Assembly (NCBI GenBank): GCA_964643765.1
Contig: CAZXTM010000002.1
Span: 209,237 to 273,236 of the forward strand
DNA: 64,000 nt
Origin: an uncultured Bifidobacteriaceae bacterium
GTDB lineage: Bacteria > Acidobacteriota > Vicinamibacteria > Vicinamibacterales > UBA2999
Reading direction: 5' to 3'
The translations under genes and the position numbers were made by a program. This document shows positions 33,407 through 46,593 of the stretch, piece by piece. Each line of letters begins with the position of its first letter. The stretch's first letter is position 1. Under the pieces are notes generated by a model. The model was given only the letters and a program-made list of their open reading frames with translations. It was not told the origin of the DNA and did not search any database.

Positions 33407-33422
33407 GGAGTGAGGAGACGCC

Positions 33423-33869
33423 ATGTCGAAGTCGGCAGAGATTGCCCAGTTTGTCGAGACGGTGGCCCGCCAGATGGGCCTCGAACTGACCGCGCAGGCC
33501 GAGGAGATGGAAGATGGCCTTCGCATCAATCTCGAGGGTGAGCAGGGCGTGATGCTGACGCGACGCCAGGGCGAGGTGCTCGCCTCGCTGCAGCACGTGG
33601 TGTCCTCGGTGTATCGGCAGGAGACGCTCGACGGGCGCCGGCTGGTGGTCGACTGCAACGGATTCCGCAAGGGGAAGGACGCCGAACTGAAGCAGATGGC
33701 CATCTTCCTCGGCGAGAAGGCCAAGTCGACCGGCTTTGCCCAGGAAATGGGACCACTGAATCCCTACGAACGCCGCATCGTCCACCTGGCGATTGGCGAC
33801 ATTCCGGGCGTGTCCTCCGAGAGCATCGGCGACGCGTTCGATAAGACCGTCATCATCTCGGCCGAGTAG
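33423..33869 (+). CDS. jag: Jag/KhpB RNA-binding protein (KH + R3H domains)
   Basis: Lies downstream of yidC. The C-terminal R3H motif is LNPYERRIVHLAIGDIPGVSSES. Confidence 0.85.
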   Translation: MSKSAEIAQFVETVARQMGLELTAQAEEMEDGLRINLEGEQGVMLTRRQGEVLASLQHVVSSVYRQETLDGRRLVVDCNGFRKGKDAELKQMAIFLGEKAKSTGFAQEMGPLNPYERRIVHLAIGDIPGVSSESIGDAFDKTVIISAE

Positions 33870-33892
33870 TCGGTCGTCTGCACGGACGGCCC

Positions 33893-35263
33893 GTGTTTTC
33901 CACGTCCGATACCATTGTCGCGGTGGCGACCCCGTCGGGGCATGGCGCTGTGGGCCTGGTGCGGATCAGTGGGCCGCAGGCGTTCTCGGTCGTGGCTGCG
34001 CTCACGGGTCGACGACAGGGCTTCATCGAGAGGCGGGCGACTCTGTGTCGCCTGGCCCTCGGTGACGACGAGAGGCTGGCGGATGAGGTGGTGGTGACCT
34101 GCTTTCCAGGCCCCGCTTCCTACACGGGCGAAGATGTCGCTGAGATTGCCGGGCACGGAAGTCCCCTGCTGCTGGCCGCCCTGGTGCGGGCAGCCTGCAC
34201 GTCGGGCGCGCGGCTGGCAGAACCGGGAGAGTTCACGCTCAGAAGCGTGCTTGGCGGCAAGCGCGACCTGGTGCAGGCCGAGGCGGTCGCCGATCTCATC
34301 GAGGCAGTGACGCCGGCTCAGGCTCGGGCGGCCTTCGAGCAACTCGAGGGGTCGCTGAGCGCTGCCATTGGCAGCGTCGAGTCGCACGTGTTCGAAGTGC
34401 GTGCGGCCCTGGAGGCCTCGCTCGATTTCCCGGACGAGGGCTATCACTTCATTACGCCAGAGGCCGTGCGCGCGGGTCTTGCATCGGCGCTTCGCGACAT
34501 TGACGCCCTGCTGTCGACCGCCGCGCGTGGCCGGCTGATTCGGGAAGGGGCGCTCGTGGTTTTGGCGGGGGCGCCCAATGCGGGAAAGTCGAGTCTCTTC
34601 AACGCCCTCGTGCACGCACCACGGGCCATTGTCACGGCCCTCCCTGGCACCACTCGTGATTTGCTGACCGAGCGCCTGGTGCTGGAGGGACTGTCGGTGA
34701 CGCTGGTCGACACGGCCGGCGACCGCGTCTCGGCGGATGTGATCGAGCAGGAGGGGGTGGCACGGGCGCGGCAGGCGGCGGCCTCGGCCGACGTGGTGAT
34801 GGTGGTCGTGGACGGGTCGCGGTCGCTCACGGATGACGACCGCGCCGTGCTTGCGGCCACGGCTGGCCGCACACGGGTGGTCGCGGTGAACAAGAGCGAC
34901 TGCGGGCGGCACGTCGAGTGCGCATGGGCGGCCGATGAAGAAGTCGTGGTGTCTGCGCGCACAGGTGACGGGATCGACACGCTGTGTGCGACCGTTGTGG
35001 GTCGCCTGAGCCTCGGCGCTGGCGGAGTGCCGAGCGATCCGCTGGTGACGAATGGGCGGCACATCGCGTGTCTCGAGCGGGCGCGAGCGGCAGTGGCGCG
35101 GGCGCAGGAGGCAGCTGGTGCGGCTGATGGTGACGGGGTGCCTGAGGAATTCCTGGTCGCCGACATCGACGAGGCACAGCGGGCGCTGCAGGAGGTGACG
35201 GGCGCGCGGTCGAGCGATGATGTGCTGGCCTTCGTGTTTTCCCGTTTTTGTCTCGGAAAATAG
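33893..35263 (+). CDS. mnmE: tRNA modification GTPase MnmE
   Basis: DTIVAVATPSGHGAVGLVRISG, G-domain GAPNAGKSSLFNAL, and the C-terminal FCLGK motif. GTG start. Confidence 0.95.
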   Translation: MFSTSDTIVAVATPSGHGAVGLVRISGPQAFSVVAALTGRRQGFIERRATLCRLALGDDERLADEVVVTCFPGPASYTGEDVAEIAGHGSPLLLAALVRAACTSGARLAEPGEFTLRSVLGGKRDLVQAEAVADLIEAVTPAQARAAFEQLEGSLSAAIGSVESHVFEVRAALEASLDFPDEGYHFITPEAVRAGLASALRDIDALLSTAARGRLIREGALVVLAGAPNAGKSSLFNALVHAPRAIVTALPGTTRDLLTERLVLEGLSVTLVDTAGDRVSADVIEQEGVARARQAAASADVVMVVVDGSRSLTDDDRAVLAATAGRTRVVAVNKSDCGRHVECAWAADEEVVVSARTGDGIDTLCATVVGRLSLGAGGVPSDPLVTNGRHIACLERARAAVARAQEAAGAADGDGVPEEFLVADIDEAQRALQEVTGARSSDDVLAFVFSRFCLGK

Positions 35264-35272
35264 ATAGGTGTC

Positions 35273-37144
35273 ATGTCTTTTTTCGATGTGATTGTCATCG
35301 GGGCTGGACACGCAGGCATCGAGGCCGCGTGGGCGGCAGCGCGTCTGGGCTGCCATGTCGGTCTCTGCTCGCTGTCGAAGGACACCGTGGGCCACATGCC
35401 GTGCAATCCAGCCATCGGTGGCACGGCCAAGGGGCATCTGGTCAGGGAAATCGATGCCATGGGTGGGCTGATGGGTCGGGCCATCGATGCGACCGGCCTG
35501 CAGTTCAAGCTGCTGAACCGCAGCCGGGGGCCAGCCGTATGGTCCCCGCGCGCGCAGGCAGACAAGGCCACCTACGGTCAGTGGATTCTCAGGCAACTCG
35601 AGGCTCAGCCGGGGATCGAGTGGATTGAGGGGAAGGCTGGCGCGGTCATCACGGACGGCGGACGCATCGCCGGCGTGAGGCTCGAGGACGGCACCACGCA
35701 TCGCTGCCGTTCCCTGGTGGTGACTACCGGAACCTTCCTGAACGGGCTCGTGCATGTCGGCCGTGATCAGCGGCCGTCAGGTCGTGCTGGCGAGCCTCCG
35801 TCGGTGGACCTGGCGGAATCGCTGCGGTCGTGTGGATTCAGGATGGGGCGACTCAAGACCGGGACCCCTCCACGGCTCGACCGGTCATCGATTGATTTCG
35901 CCGCGGGCGAAGCTGCGGGAGTGTTCCACGTGGAACACGGAGACGACGAGCCCGTACCGTTCTCGTTTTCAACCACGCAATCGCCCGTCAACAGGATGGC
36001 GTGCTGGCTCATGCACACCACCCCCCTGGTGCATGACCTCGTTCGTCGTCACATCGACGAGTCTCCCCTATATAACGGTCAAATCTCCGGGATTGGTCCC
36101 CGCTACTGCCCCTCACTTGAAGACAAGGTGATGCGGTTCCCCGATCGCGAGCGGCATCAGTTGTTTCTGGAACCCGAGGGGCTCGAGGCGCGAGAGATCT
36201 ACGTCAACGGTTTCTCGATGAGCCTTCCGGCCGAGGTTCAGGAGCGCCTGATCCATGCCCTTCCGGGCCTCGAGCGAGCCACGATGCTCCGACCAGGCTA
36301 CGCCATCGAATACGACTTCGTGCAGCCGACGGAGCTGTCTTCGGCACTGGAGGCCCATCGGCTCCCTGGATTGTTCCTCGCGGGACAGATCAATGGGACC
36401 TCGGGTTACGAGGAAGCTGCGGGTCAGGGACTAGTGGCTGGCGCGAATGCCGGGCTTCAGGCGCTTGGCCGAGGGCCGCTCACGTTACGCCGGGACGAGG
36501 CCTATCTGGGCATCATGGTGGATGATCTGGTCACTCGAGGCTGCCTGGAGCCGTATCGGATGTTCACGTCACGGGCCGAGTATCGGTTGCTGCTCCGCAT
36601 CGATAACGCGGATCTGAGGCTGAGCCCGGTTGCGCATCAGCACGGGATGCTCTCCGAATCAGCGTGGGAGCGGTTTCAGCGCCGCAGAGAGCGATTCGAT
36701 CAGAATGTGGCGGCCATTCGTGCGGCTCGGGTGAAGACGGATGCTGGACAGACGGTCTCGGGTGACCAGTGGCTACGCCAGCCGTCGGCCCGCCTCGACG
36801 AACTGATTGCCTCAGGCCGGATTGACTGGAAGGCGCCAGAAGAGCCAACCGCTCCAGGCGTCCATGCCGTGGATCGACTGTCCGTTGAAACGACGGTCAA
36901 GTTCGAGGGCTATCTGCGGCGTCAGATGCAGTCGGTCGAACGCAGTCTTCGGAACGAACAGCGGAAGATTCCCGCAGCATTCCCCTACGGCCGTGTTCCC
37001 GGCTTGTCGAATGAAATGGTGCAGCGATTGACGGAGGTCAGACCAGACACGCTGGGACAGGCGCTGAGAATTCCCGGCGTGACACCGGCAGCCGTGGCCG
37101 TGGTCGGGGCCTACGTTGAGAGATGGGCCCATGGCGTCTCTTGA
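35273..37144 (+). CDS. mnmG: tRNA uridine 5-carboxymethylaminomethyl modification enzyme MnmG (GidA)
   Basis: [23 protein letters not shown]...[18 protein letters not shown] is the GidA signature. Confidence 0.97.
   Translation: MSFFDVIVIGAGHAGIEAAWAAARLGCHVGLCSLSKDTVGHMPCNPAIGGTAKGHLVREIDAMGGLMGRAIDATGLQFKLLNRSRGPAVWSPRAQADKATYGQWILRQLEAQPGIEWIEGKAGAVITDGGRIAGVRLEDGTTHRCRSLVVTTGTFLNGLVHVGRDQRPSGRAGEPPSVDLAESLRSCGFRMGRLKTGTPPRLDRSSIDFAAGEAAGVFHVEHGDDEPVPFSFSTTQSPVNRMACWLMHTTPLVHDLVRRHIDESPLYNGQISGIGPRYCPSLEDKVMRFPDRERHQLFLEPEGLEAREIYVNGFSMSLPAEVQERLIHALPGLERATMLRPGYAIEYDFVQPTELSSALEAHRLPGLFLAGQINGTSGYEEAAGQGLVAGANAGLQALGRGPLTLRRDEAYLGIMVDDLVTRGCLEPYRMFTSRAEYRLLLRIDNADLRLSPVAHQHGMLSESAWERFQRRRERFDQNVAAIRAARVKTDAGQTVSGDQWLRQPSARLDELIASGRIDWKAPEEPTAPGVHAVDRLSVETTVKFEGYLRRQMQSVERSLRNEQRKIPAAFPYGRVPGLSNEMVQRLTEVRPDTLGQALRIPGVTPAAVAVVGAYVERWAHGVS
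35922..35937. promoter_or_regulatory. parS centromere-like site inside mnmG: TGTTCCACGTGGAACA (perfect 16-bp palindrome)
   Basis: Matches the canonical parS TGTTNCACGTGAAACA at 15 of 16 positions. It encodes GVFHVEHG in mnmG and lies 1.9 kb upstream of parAB. Confidence 0.75.
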
Positions 37145-37802
37145 GCTGCTCGACCGAATCCGCCTCAGATCTGGGGTAGCCGGCCTGTCCTTGAGTGATG
37201 CGCTGCTCGAGGGACTGGCGTGTTACTACGAACTGCTGACCAGGTGGAATGCCAAGGTCAACCTGACGGCGTTCCGGCTCACCCCGTCTGGCGAAGACGA
37301 AGCCATTGATCGGCTGCTGATAGAACCGGTGGTGGCGTCGCGATACGTGTCTTCGGCAGCCACATCCCTGCTGGATGCGGGCAGCGGCGGTGGCAGTCCG
37401 GCGCTGCCGCTTCGTCTTGCGCTTCCCCACCTCTCGCTGAGGATGGTGGAGTCACGCACCAGGAAGGCCTCGTTCCTGCGGGAAGCGATTCGCGCCCTGG
37501 GCCTTCGGGAGGCCTGGGTTGAGGCGTATCGATTCGAAGAACTGATCGAGCGTTGTGAGCTGCGGGAATCAGTGGACGTGGTGAGCGTTCGCGCGGTCAG
37601 AGTCGAACCGGATGTGCTGATGACCCTCCAGGCGTTCCTTCGACCCGGTGGCCAGATGCTGGTGTTCAAGGGCGCAGGGGCGGAAGATGTGATGCGAGTG
37701 GCTCCTCCGCCGCTGACGTGGCTGGCGACCCATCCGCTGCTTGAGAACCTCGGGAGTCGGCTGGTACTGCTGGAAAAAGCACGTGTGGCAGTGAGAGAAT
37801 AG
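37131..37802 (+). CDS. rsmG: 16S rRNA (guanine527-N7)-methyltransferase RsmG (GidB)
   Basis: [17 protein letters not shown]...[20 protein letters not shown] motif. Start is ATG 37131 or ATG 37116. Confidence 0.9.
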   Translation: MASLELLDRIRLRSGVAGLSLSDALLEGLACYYELLTRWNAKVNLTAFRLTPSGEDEAIDRLLIEPVVASRYVSSAATSLLDAGSGGGSPALPLRLALPHLSLRMVESRTRKASFLREAIRALGLREAWVEAYRFEELIERCELRESVDVVSVRAVRVEPDVLMTLQAFLRPGGQMLVFKGAGAEDVMRVAPPPLTWLATHPLLENLGSRLVLLEKARVAVRE

Positions 37803-37808
37803 GCCGTT

Positions 37809-37824
37809 CGTTCCACGTGGAACA
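37809..37824. promoter_or_regulatory. parS site upstream of parA: CGTTCCACGTGGAACA
   Basis: Identical to the 35922 site except at position 1. It sits in the rsmG-parA spacer, 25 nt upstream of the parA ATG. Confidence 0.7.
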
Positions 37825-37848
37825 CAGTTTTAGGTAAAACAACCAAAA

Positions 37849-38631
37849 ATGAGCGTCATCACGGTGACCAATCAGAAAGGCGGGGTGGGTAAGACGACCA
37901 CCGCCATCAATCTGGCTGCGGCCCTGGCCGCGGCTGGCGACCGTGTGCTGCTCGTCGACATGGACCCGCAGGCCAACGCCACGAGTGGTGTCGGCTGCAA
38001 GGGCCAGCGGGCCGAGGCGGGCACCGTCTACGATGCGCTCACGCTGACCGAACCGCCCCCGGTGCCGATGGCCTTCGTGCTGCCCACCACCACACCAGGG
38101 CTGTCAGTCATTCCTGCATCGAGGGAGCTTGCCGGTGCCGAGGTCGAACTCATCACGCTGCCCGAACGCGAGTATCGGCTCAAGGCCCTGCTCGACCGGC
38201 TCCGGCCGCACTTCGACACCCTCCTGATCGACAGTCCTCCCTCGCTCGGACTCCTGACTCTGAACGCCCTTGTTGCAGCAGACCGGGTGCTGATTCCCCT
38301 GCACTGCGAATACTTCGCCCTCGAGGGGCTCGCCGACCTGGTTGGCACCATGCGTCGTGTTCGCGGGGGACTCAACCCCTCGCTCGACGTCGAGGGCGTG
38401 CTGCTGACCATGAATGACGACCGCACGAACCTCGGACAGCAGGTCGCCCGCGACGTCCGCGAGTTCTTCCGTGAGAAGGTCTACTCCACGGTCATTCCCC
38501 GCAACGTTCGGCTTGCGGAAGCCCCCAGTCACGGCCTGCCCGTGACGATGTACGACCCGAAGTCGCGAGGCGCCGAAGCCTACACCGCCCTCGCCCAGGA
38601 ATTCGTGCAGCGCCGACAGGGACTCTCGTGA
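37849..38631 (+). CDS. parA: Chromosome partitioning ATPase ParA/Soj
   Basis: VITVTNQKGGVGKTTTAINLAAAL is the deviant Walker A. Confidence 0.93.
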   Translation: MSVITVTNQKGGVGKTTTAINLAAALAAAGDRVLLVDMDPQANATSGVGCKGQRAEAGTVYDALTLTEPPPVPMAFVLPTTTPGLSVIPASRELAGAEVELITLPEREYRLKALLDRLRPHFDTLLIDSPPSLGLLTLNALVAADRVLIPLHCEYFALEGLADLVGTMRRVRGGLNPSLDVEGVLLTMNDDRTNLGQQVARDVREFFREKVYSTVIPRNVRLAEAPSHGLPVTMYDPKSRGAEAYTALAQEFVQRRQGLS

Positions 38632-39530
38632 TGGACAAAAAGAAACCCGCGCTCGGCAAGGGCCTGAGCGCCCTGATTCCCGACGCCACCTCGACGCCCG
38701 AGGCCCCGCGCACCACCCTCGAAGTCGACATCGATCAGCTCGAGGCGAACCGCTACCAGCCCCGCACCCAATACGACAGCGATCGCCTGACCGACCTGGC
38801 GAACTCGATTGCCTCGTCTGGCATCATCCAGCCCATTGTCGTCAGGCGGCTCGCCGACCAGGGCGGCGCCGTCCGTCCCCGCTACCAGATCATCGCCGGT
38901 GAGCGACGCTGGCGGGCGGCCCAGCAGGCCGGCCTCACCCGTGTGCCAGTCACCGTCAAGGACGTGGACGACACGCAGCACCAGGCGCAGCTCGAGATGG
39001 CGCTGATCGAGAACATCCAGCGCGAGAATCTGAACCCGGTTGAAGAGGCCCTCGCCTACCAGCGCCTTGTCGAGCAATTTCAACTCACCCAGGAAGAAAT
39101 TGGCATCCGCGTCGGGAAGGACCGCGCCACCGTGGCCAACATGCTCCGGTTGCTTCGGCTGCCCGAAGAGGTGCGCGCCGCGGTGGCCGGCGGCGCCCTC
39201 TCGATGGGCCATGCCCGTGCCCTGCTGAGCCTGACGACCGAGGCCGACCAGCGCCGCGTGGCCCGTGACGTGATCGACCGCGCGCTGTCTGTCAGAGACA
39301 CGGAAGCCCTGACCCGTCGGAGTGCGGCGGCACCGCCCGCCACCACAGCCTCGGCGCCAGCGGTGCCGGCCAAGGACGTGCACACCCGCGAGGCCGAGCA
39401 GCAGCTGCGGTTTGCGCTGGGCACGGCCGTCACGATTCACCGCCGCCGGAAAGGCGGCAGCATCGAGGTGAGTTTCACCAGCGAACAGGAACTGCAGCGG
39501 CTGTACGAGTATCTGATGGCGCGTCGCTAG
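38628..39530 (+). CDS. parB: Chromosome partitioning protein ParB/Spo0J
   Basis: GIIQPIVVRR...IIAGERRWRAAQQAGL (ParB box), then the HTH region. The start overlaps the parA stop. Confidence 0.93.
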   Translation: MMDKKKPALGKGLSALIPDATSTPEAPRTTLEVDIDQLEANRYQPRTQYDSDRLTDLANSIASSGIIQPIVVRRLADQGGAVRPRYQIIAGERRWRAAQQAGLTRVPVTVKDVDDTQHQAQLEMALIENIQRENLNPVEEALAYQRLVEQFQLTQEEIGIRVGKDRATVANMLRLLRLPEEVRAAVAGGALSMGHARALLSLTTEADQRRVARDVIDRALSVRDTEALTRRSAAAPPATTASAPAVPAKDVHTREAEQQLRFALGTAVTIHRRRKGGSIEVSFTSEQELQRLYEYLMARR

Positions 39531-39557
39531 ACGTGGCGATGCGGGGAGCGAGGACCG

Positions 39558-40610
39558 ATGTCACTGTTCGGAAAGAAGCGGCTGACCGAGATGGTCAGCT
39601 GCGCCGGTTGAGCCAGTAAACTCGCCGCCGGCGAGCTCGCTCACGTGCTGAGCGACATTCCTCCGTCGAATGACCCCCGTGTCCTGATTGACTTCAGGAC
39701 GGCGGACGATGCCGGTGTGTACGAGTGGGAGGGCGGCCCTGCCCTCGTCCAGACCGTCGACTTCTTCACTCCGATCGTCGATGACCCGTATGTCTTCGGC
39801 CAGATTGCCGCGGCCAATTCCCTGAGCGACATCTACGCCATGGGGGCCCAGCCCCGGACGGCGCTGGCAATCGCCGCGTTTCCCAAGGACGGCCTCGAAC
39901 CGGGCACCATCGAAGCCGTGTTCCGCGGGGGCTATGACAAGCTGCGCGAGGCCCAGACGGCCCTGCTCGGGGGGCATACGGTTCAGGATCAGGAAATCAA
40001 GTTCGGCTACGCAGTGACTGGCGCGGCCGACCCCGGCCGCCTGCACTCGAACGCGGGCGCGCGCCCCGGGGATGTCCTGTTGCTGACCAAGCGCATCGGC
40101 ACGGGCATCATCGGCACGGCCATCAAGGCCGATCGGGCCCCGGCGGCGATCGTGGGCCAGGCGATTGCGTCGATGACCGCCCTCAACAAGACGGCAGCCG
40201 ACGTCATGGCGACGGTCACCGGCGTGCATGCGTGCACGGACATCACCGGCTTCGGCCTGCTGGGGCACGCCTGTGAGGTAGCGCAGGCCAGTGGCGTCAC
40301 CCTGCTGGTCGATGCCGGCGCAGTTCCCCTGTTTGACGGCGTCGAGGCGATGGTGGCCCAGAACCGCTCCGGGGGCCTGACGGCCAATCGCAAGCACTTC
40401 GGCCGGAGGATCAGCCTGCCCGACGACCTGACCCGGGAACGGGCCGACCTGCTGTTTGACCCGCAGACCTCCGGTGGTCTCCTGATCGCGGTCGCCGAAC
40501 CCGGCGCCGACGACCTGCGGCAGCGCCTGCGCGACCGTGGCGTCGAGGTCGCCACCGTTGGCCGGGCGGTCGAGCGGGCCGAGGACGACGCCCTGATTCA
40601 TGTGCGATAG
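39558..40610 (+). CDS. selD: Selenide, water dikinase (selenophosphate synthetase) with a predicted selenocysteine encoded by in-frame TGA 39609-39611
   Basis: The track ORF starts at 39645. The same frame upstream reads ATG 39558 MSLFGKKRLTEMVSCAG-TGA-ASKLAAGELAH. This is colinear with E. coli SelD ...RLTQYSHGAG-C17-GCK20-ISPKVL. The rest (TVDFFTPIVDDPYVFGQIAAANSLSDIYAMG..., TDITGFGLLGH, DPQTSGGLL) is unmistakably SelD. Confidence 0.85.
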
Positions 40611-40657
40611 TCTCCGTCCAGACCCGGTGCGGACCGTGCTATCCTTAGTCGTTTGTC

Positions 40658-41080
40658 ATGATTCCTGACATCTCGACACTTTGGGTCGTGTTCTTCCTGC
40701 TGCTGTGCACGTGGCTGCTGAACACTCTCATCTTTCAGCCCATCCTGAAGGTCATCGACGCCCGCGCGGCGGCCGTGAAGGGCGCCCGCGACCTGGCTGA
40801 CACCGCAGCGGCCCGTGCCGCGGACGCCACCGCACGCTACGACGCCGAAGTCTCGGCGGCGCGCGCCGAGGTGTATGCCCAGATTGACGCCACGCGGAAG
40901 GCGGCGCTCGATCGCCGGGCCCAGATGCTGGCCGAGACACGGACGCTGGTGGAGCAGGAGACGAAGGAGGCCACGGCCACCGTCGCCCGCGAATCCGCGG
41001 CCGCGCGTGAAGCGCTCGAGCGGGATGCGCACGACATGAGCCGGGCGATTGTCATGCGCGTGCTCGGGCGCGCGTCCTGA
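40658..41080 (+). CDS. F0F1 ATP synthase subunit b' (b-type stalk protein)
   Basis: A single N-terminal TM segment (LWVVFFLLLCTWLLNTLIFQPILKVIDAR) is followed by an Ala/Arg/Glu-rich helix. It is the first gene of the atp cluster. Confidence 0.7.
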   Translation: MIPDISTLWVVFFLLLCTWLLNTLIFQPILKVIDARAAAVKGARDLADTAAARAADATARYDAEVSAARAEVYAQIDATRKAALDRRAQMLAETRTLVEQETKEATATVARESAAAREALERDAHDMSRAIVMRVLGRAS

Positions 41081-41113
41081 CCGGCACGACGTGAAGGTGG
41101 AGAACGCGACATC

Positions 41114-41716
41114 GTGAAGACACTGCGTCGAACGGCTTGTGAATTAATGCACAGGGTGCCCACCCCGGCACCGCTGGCGCTGGTGCTCGCGCTCGCCCTG
41201 CCGGCCCTCGCACAGGCGGCCGAAGACGCTGGGCACCACGAGGCCAGCCTGGCCGACCTGCTCTGGCCGACGGCCAATTTCGCCATCATGGTTGCGGTGC
41301 TGGTCTATCTGCTCCGCGTGCCGCTCACGACCTATCTGACCGACCGCAGCACCAGCATCCGCCGCGACCTGGTCGACGCAGCCGCCATGAAGGCGACGGC
41401 GACCGAGCAGCTGTCCGAGATTGACCGCCGGATGCGCGCCCTGCCTGACGAGCTGGCCAGCCTCCGCGCACGCGCCGAAGCCGAGCTTCAGGCCGAGGAG
41501 CAGCGCATTGCGCAGCAGGCCATTGCCGACCGCGACCGCCTGGTCGATCAGGCGCGCAAGCAGATGGATGTCCAGGTGCGCATGGCCAAGCGCGAGCTGA
41601 CCGAGCACGCCGCCAACCTGGCGGTCGACCTGGCCACCCGTGCCGTTGAACAGGACACGACAGCTGATGACCATGCCCGGCTCGTCAAGCGCTATGTGTC
41701 GCAGGTGAGCCGCTAG
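41114..41716 (+). CDS. atpF: F0F1 ATP synthase subunit b
   Basis: TM segment LLWPTANFAIMVAVLVYLL, then a long charged helix. It sits before atpH. The start is uncertain (GTG 41114 or ATG 41147). Confidence 0.75.
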   Translation: MKTLRRTACELMHRVPTPAPLALVLALALPALAQAAEDAGHHEASLADLLWPTANFAIMVAVLVYLLRVPLTTYLTDRSTSIRRDLVDAAAMKATATEQLSEIDRRMRALPDELASLRARAEAELQAEEQRIAQQAIADRDRLVDQARKQMDVQVRMAKRELTEHAANLAVDLATRAVEQDTTADDHARLVKRYVSQVSR

Positions 41717-41718
41717 CC

Positions 41719-42264
41719 ATGTCGACCCGAGCTTCTGCCATCCGCTACGCCCGCGCCCTCTTCGAGGTGGCGCAGGTCGATGCCGACCTGACGAAGGTCG
41801 ATGGCGACCTCGCCGCGCTGGCGCAGGCGCTGCGTGAACACAGCGAACTGGCGCGCGTCATGACCAGCCGCACGGTGCCCGACGCCACCCGCCGCCACAT
41901 CGTGGTGTCGGTGGCCGACGCCCTCGGCGCCGCCGCGCCTGTCGTCAAGCTGGTGGGTCTGCTCGCCGATCGGCGCCGCCTGGCTCTGCTGCCAGACATT
42001 GCTGCGCAGTTCTCGGCCCGCCTGCTCGAGCATCGCAACGTGATTCCCGCGCAGGTGGTGACAGCCGTTCCGTTGTCGCCGGACGCCGCGGCCGCCATCG
42101 AGCAGGGCCTCTCGAAGGCCACGGGCAAGACCGTGGCCATGCAGTTTTCGGTAGACCCCGCGCTGCTGGGCGGGGTGCGGGCCACCGTGGGTGGCACGGT
42201 CTACGACGGCAGTGTTCGCACGCAGTTGAAGAAGATGCGCGACCAACTGGTCGCCCAGGGCTAA
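41719..42264 (+). CDS. atpH: F0F1 ATP synthase subunit delta (OSCP)
   Basis: [12 protein letters not shown]... OSCP-like, positioned between b and alpha. Confidence 0.85.
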   Translation: MSTRASAIRYARALFEVAQVDADLTKVDGDLAALAQALREHSELARVMTSRTVPDATRRHIVVSVADALGAAAPVVKLVGLLADRRRLALLPDIAAQFSARLLEHRNVIPAQVVTAVPLSPDAAAAIEQGLSKATGKTVAMQFSVDPALLGGVRATVGGTVYDGSVRTQLKKMRDQLVAQG

Positions 42265-42268
42265 GACC

Positions 42269-43795
<1,527 letters not shown>

Positions 43796-43822
43796 GGCGG
43801 GAGACTTTCCGGATAGCCGACC

Positions 43823-44698
43823 ATGCCGTCACTGATTGACATCCGCCGCCGCGTCCGCGCGACCAAGTCGACGCAGCAGATCACGAAGGCCATGAAGATG
43901 GTCTCGTCGTCGAAGCTACGCCGGGCGCAGGAGCGGATTGTGCACAACCGCCCGTATGCGCAGGAGATGCTGCGGGTGTTCAACAACCTGGCCACCCGGG
44001 TCGACACCTCCGCGCATCCGCTGCTCAACACCGACCCGACGCAGGGCCGGACGCTGCTGGTGGTGATCACCGCAGACCGCGGCCTGTGCGGCGGCTTCAA
44101 CACGAACGTCATCAAGGGGGCCTCGCAGTTCATTGCGGAGCAGGGCCCCGAGCAGGCCGGTCGCGAGGTCGCACTGGCCCTCGTGGGGCGCAAGGGGCGC
44201 GACTTCTTCCAGCGGCGCGGCTTCGACGTGCTGTATGAAGAAGTGGGCCTCTTCCAGCAGGTGAAGTGGTCGCACGCCCAGGCGATTGCCAAGTCGTGCA
44301 TCGAGGAATTCACCGGGCCTGACGTGAGCTCGGTCTACCTGGTCTACAACGAATTCCGCTCGGTCATCTCGCAGCGAGTCGTCGTCGAGCGGCTGCTACC
44401 GATTGCCCCCATCACGCCGAAGTCAGAGGCGATGGGCGCGTCGATCGATTACCTGTTCGAGCCGTCGCCGCAGGAGCTGCTGGCGACGCTGCTGCCCTAC
44501 CACGTGTCGGTGCAGGTGATGCGCGCGCTGCTGGAATCGTCTGCGGCCGAGCATGCCGCCCGCATGACGGCCATGGATGCGGCGACACGGAATGCCAAGG
44601 AAATGGTCGAGCGCCTGACGTTGTACATGAACAAGGTGCGACAGGCCGCGATTACCCGCGAAATCATCGAGATTGTGGCGGGCGCCCAGTCGGTGTAG
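43823..44698 (+). CDS. atpG: F0F1 ATP synthase subunit gamma
   Basis: IRRRVRATKSTQQITKAMKMVSSSKLRRAQ and a C-terminal ...ITREIIEIVAGA. Confidence 0.95.
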   Translation: MPSLIDIRRRVRATKSTQQITKAMKMVSSSKLRRAQERIVHNRPYAQEMLRVFNNLATRVDTSAHPLLNTDPTQGRTLLVVITADRGLCGGFNTNVIKGASQFIAEQGPEQAGREVALALVGRKGRDFFQRRGFDVLYEEVGLFQQVKWSHAQAIAKSCIEEFTGPDVSSVYLVYNEFRSVISQRVVVERLLPIAPITPKSEAMGASIDYLFEPSPQELLATLLPYHVSVQVMRALLESSAAEHAARMTAMDAATRNAKEMVERLTLYMNKVRQAAITREIIEIVAGAQSV

Positions 44699-46162
<1,464 letters not shown>

Positions 46163-46164
46163 CC

Positions 46165-46587
46165 ATGGCCACTCTTCCGACGAAGCTCACCCTGCACATC
46201 GTCACCCCCGACCGGTCGCAAACGGTCGACGTGGACGAAGTGTCGCTGCCCGGGTCCGAGGGAGATTTCGGCGTGCTGCCCGGGCACACGCCGTTCTTCA
46301 CCTCGCTCAGGACCGGGCCCATGAGCTACCGTCAGGGCACGGCCCGGACGGCGATGGTGGTGTCGATCGGCTTTGCCGAAGTCCTGCCCGACCGGGTGAG
46401 CGTCATTGCCCAGGTGGCCGACACGGTCGATGGCCTCGACGAAGAGCGCGCTCGCGCTGGGATGACGCGGGCCGAGGAGATGATGGCGGACGTGCCGCAC
46501 GACATCGACTTCGAGCGCGCCCGGGTCGCCCTGCTGCGCACGCTGCAGCAGATGCACGCCGAGACGCGCCGCGGGGGCGGCCTCTAG
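46165..46587 (+). CDS. atpC: F0F1 ATP synthase subunit epsilon
   Basis: LHIVTPDRSQTVDVDEVSLPGSEGDFGVLPGHTPF is epsilon-typical. Confidence 0.9.
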   Translation: MATLPTKLTLHIVTPDRSQTVDVDEVSLPGSEGDFGVLPGHTPFFTSLRTGPMSYRQGTARTAMVVSIGFAEVLPDRVSVIAQVADTVDGLDEERARAGMTRAEEMMADVPHDIDFERARVALLRTLQQMHAETRRGGGL

Positions 46588-46593
46588 CGACGC

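Noticed and set aside
33888-33905. The parS-like string GTGTTTTCCACGTCC at the mnmE start.
   Set aside because: It has an extra T and lacks the second half-site, so it is not palindromic. It is most likely just the mnmE start region.
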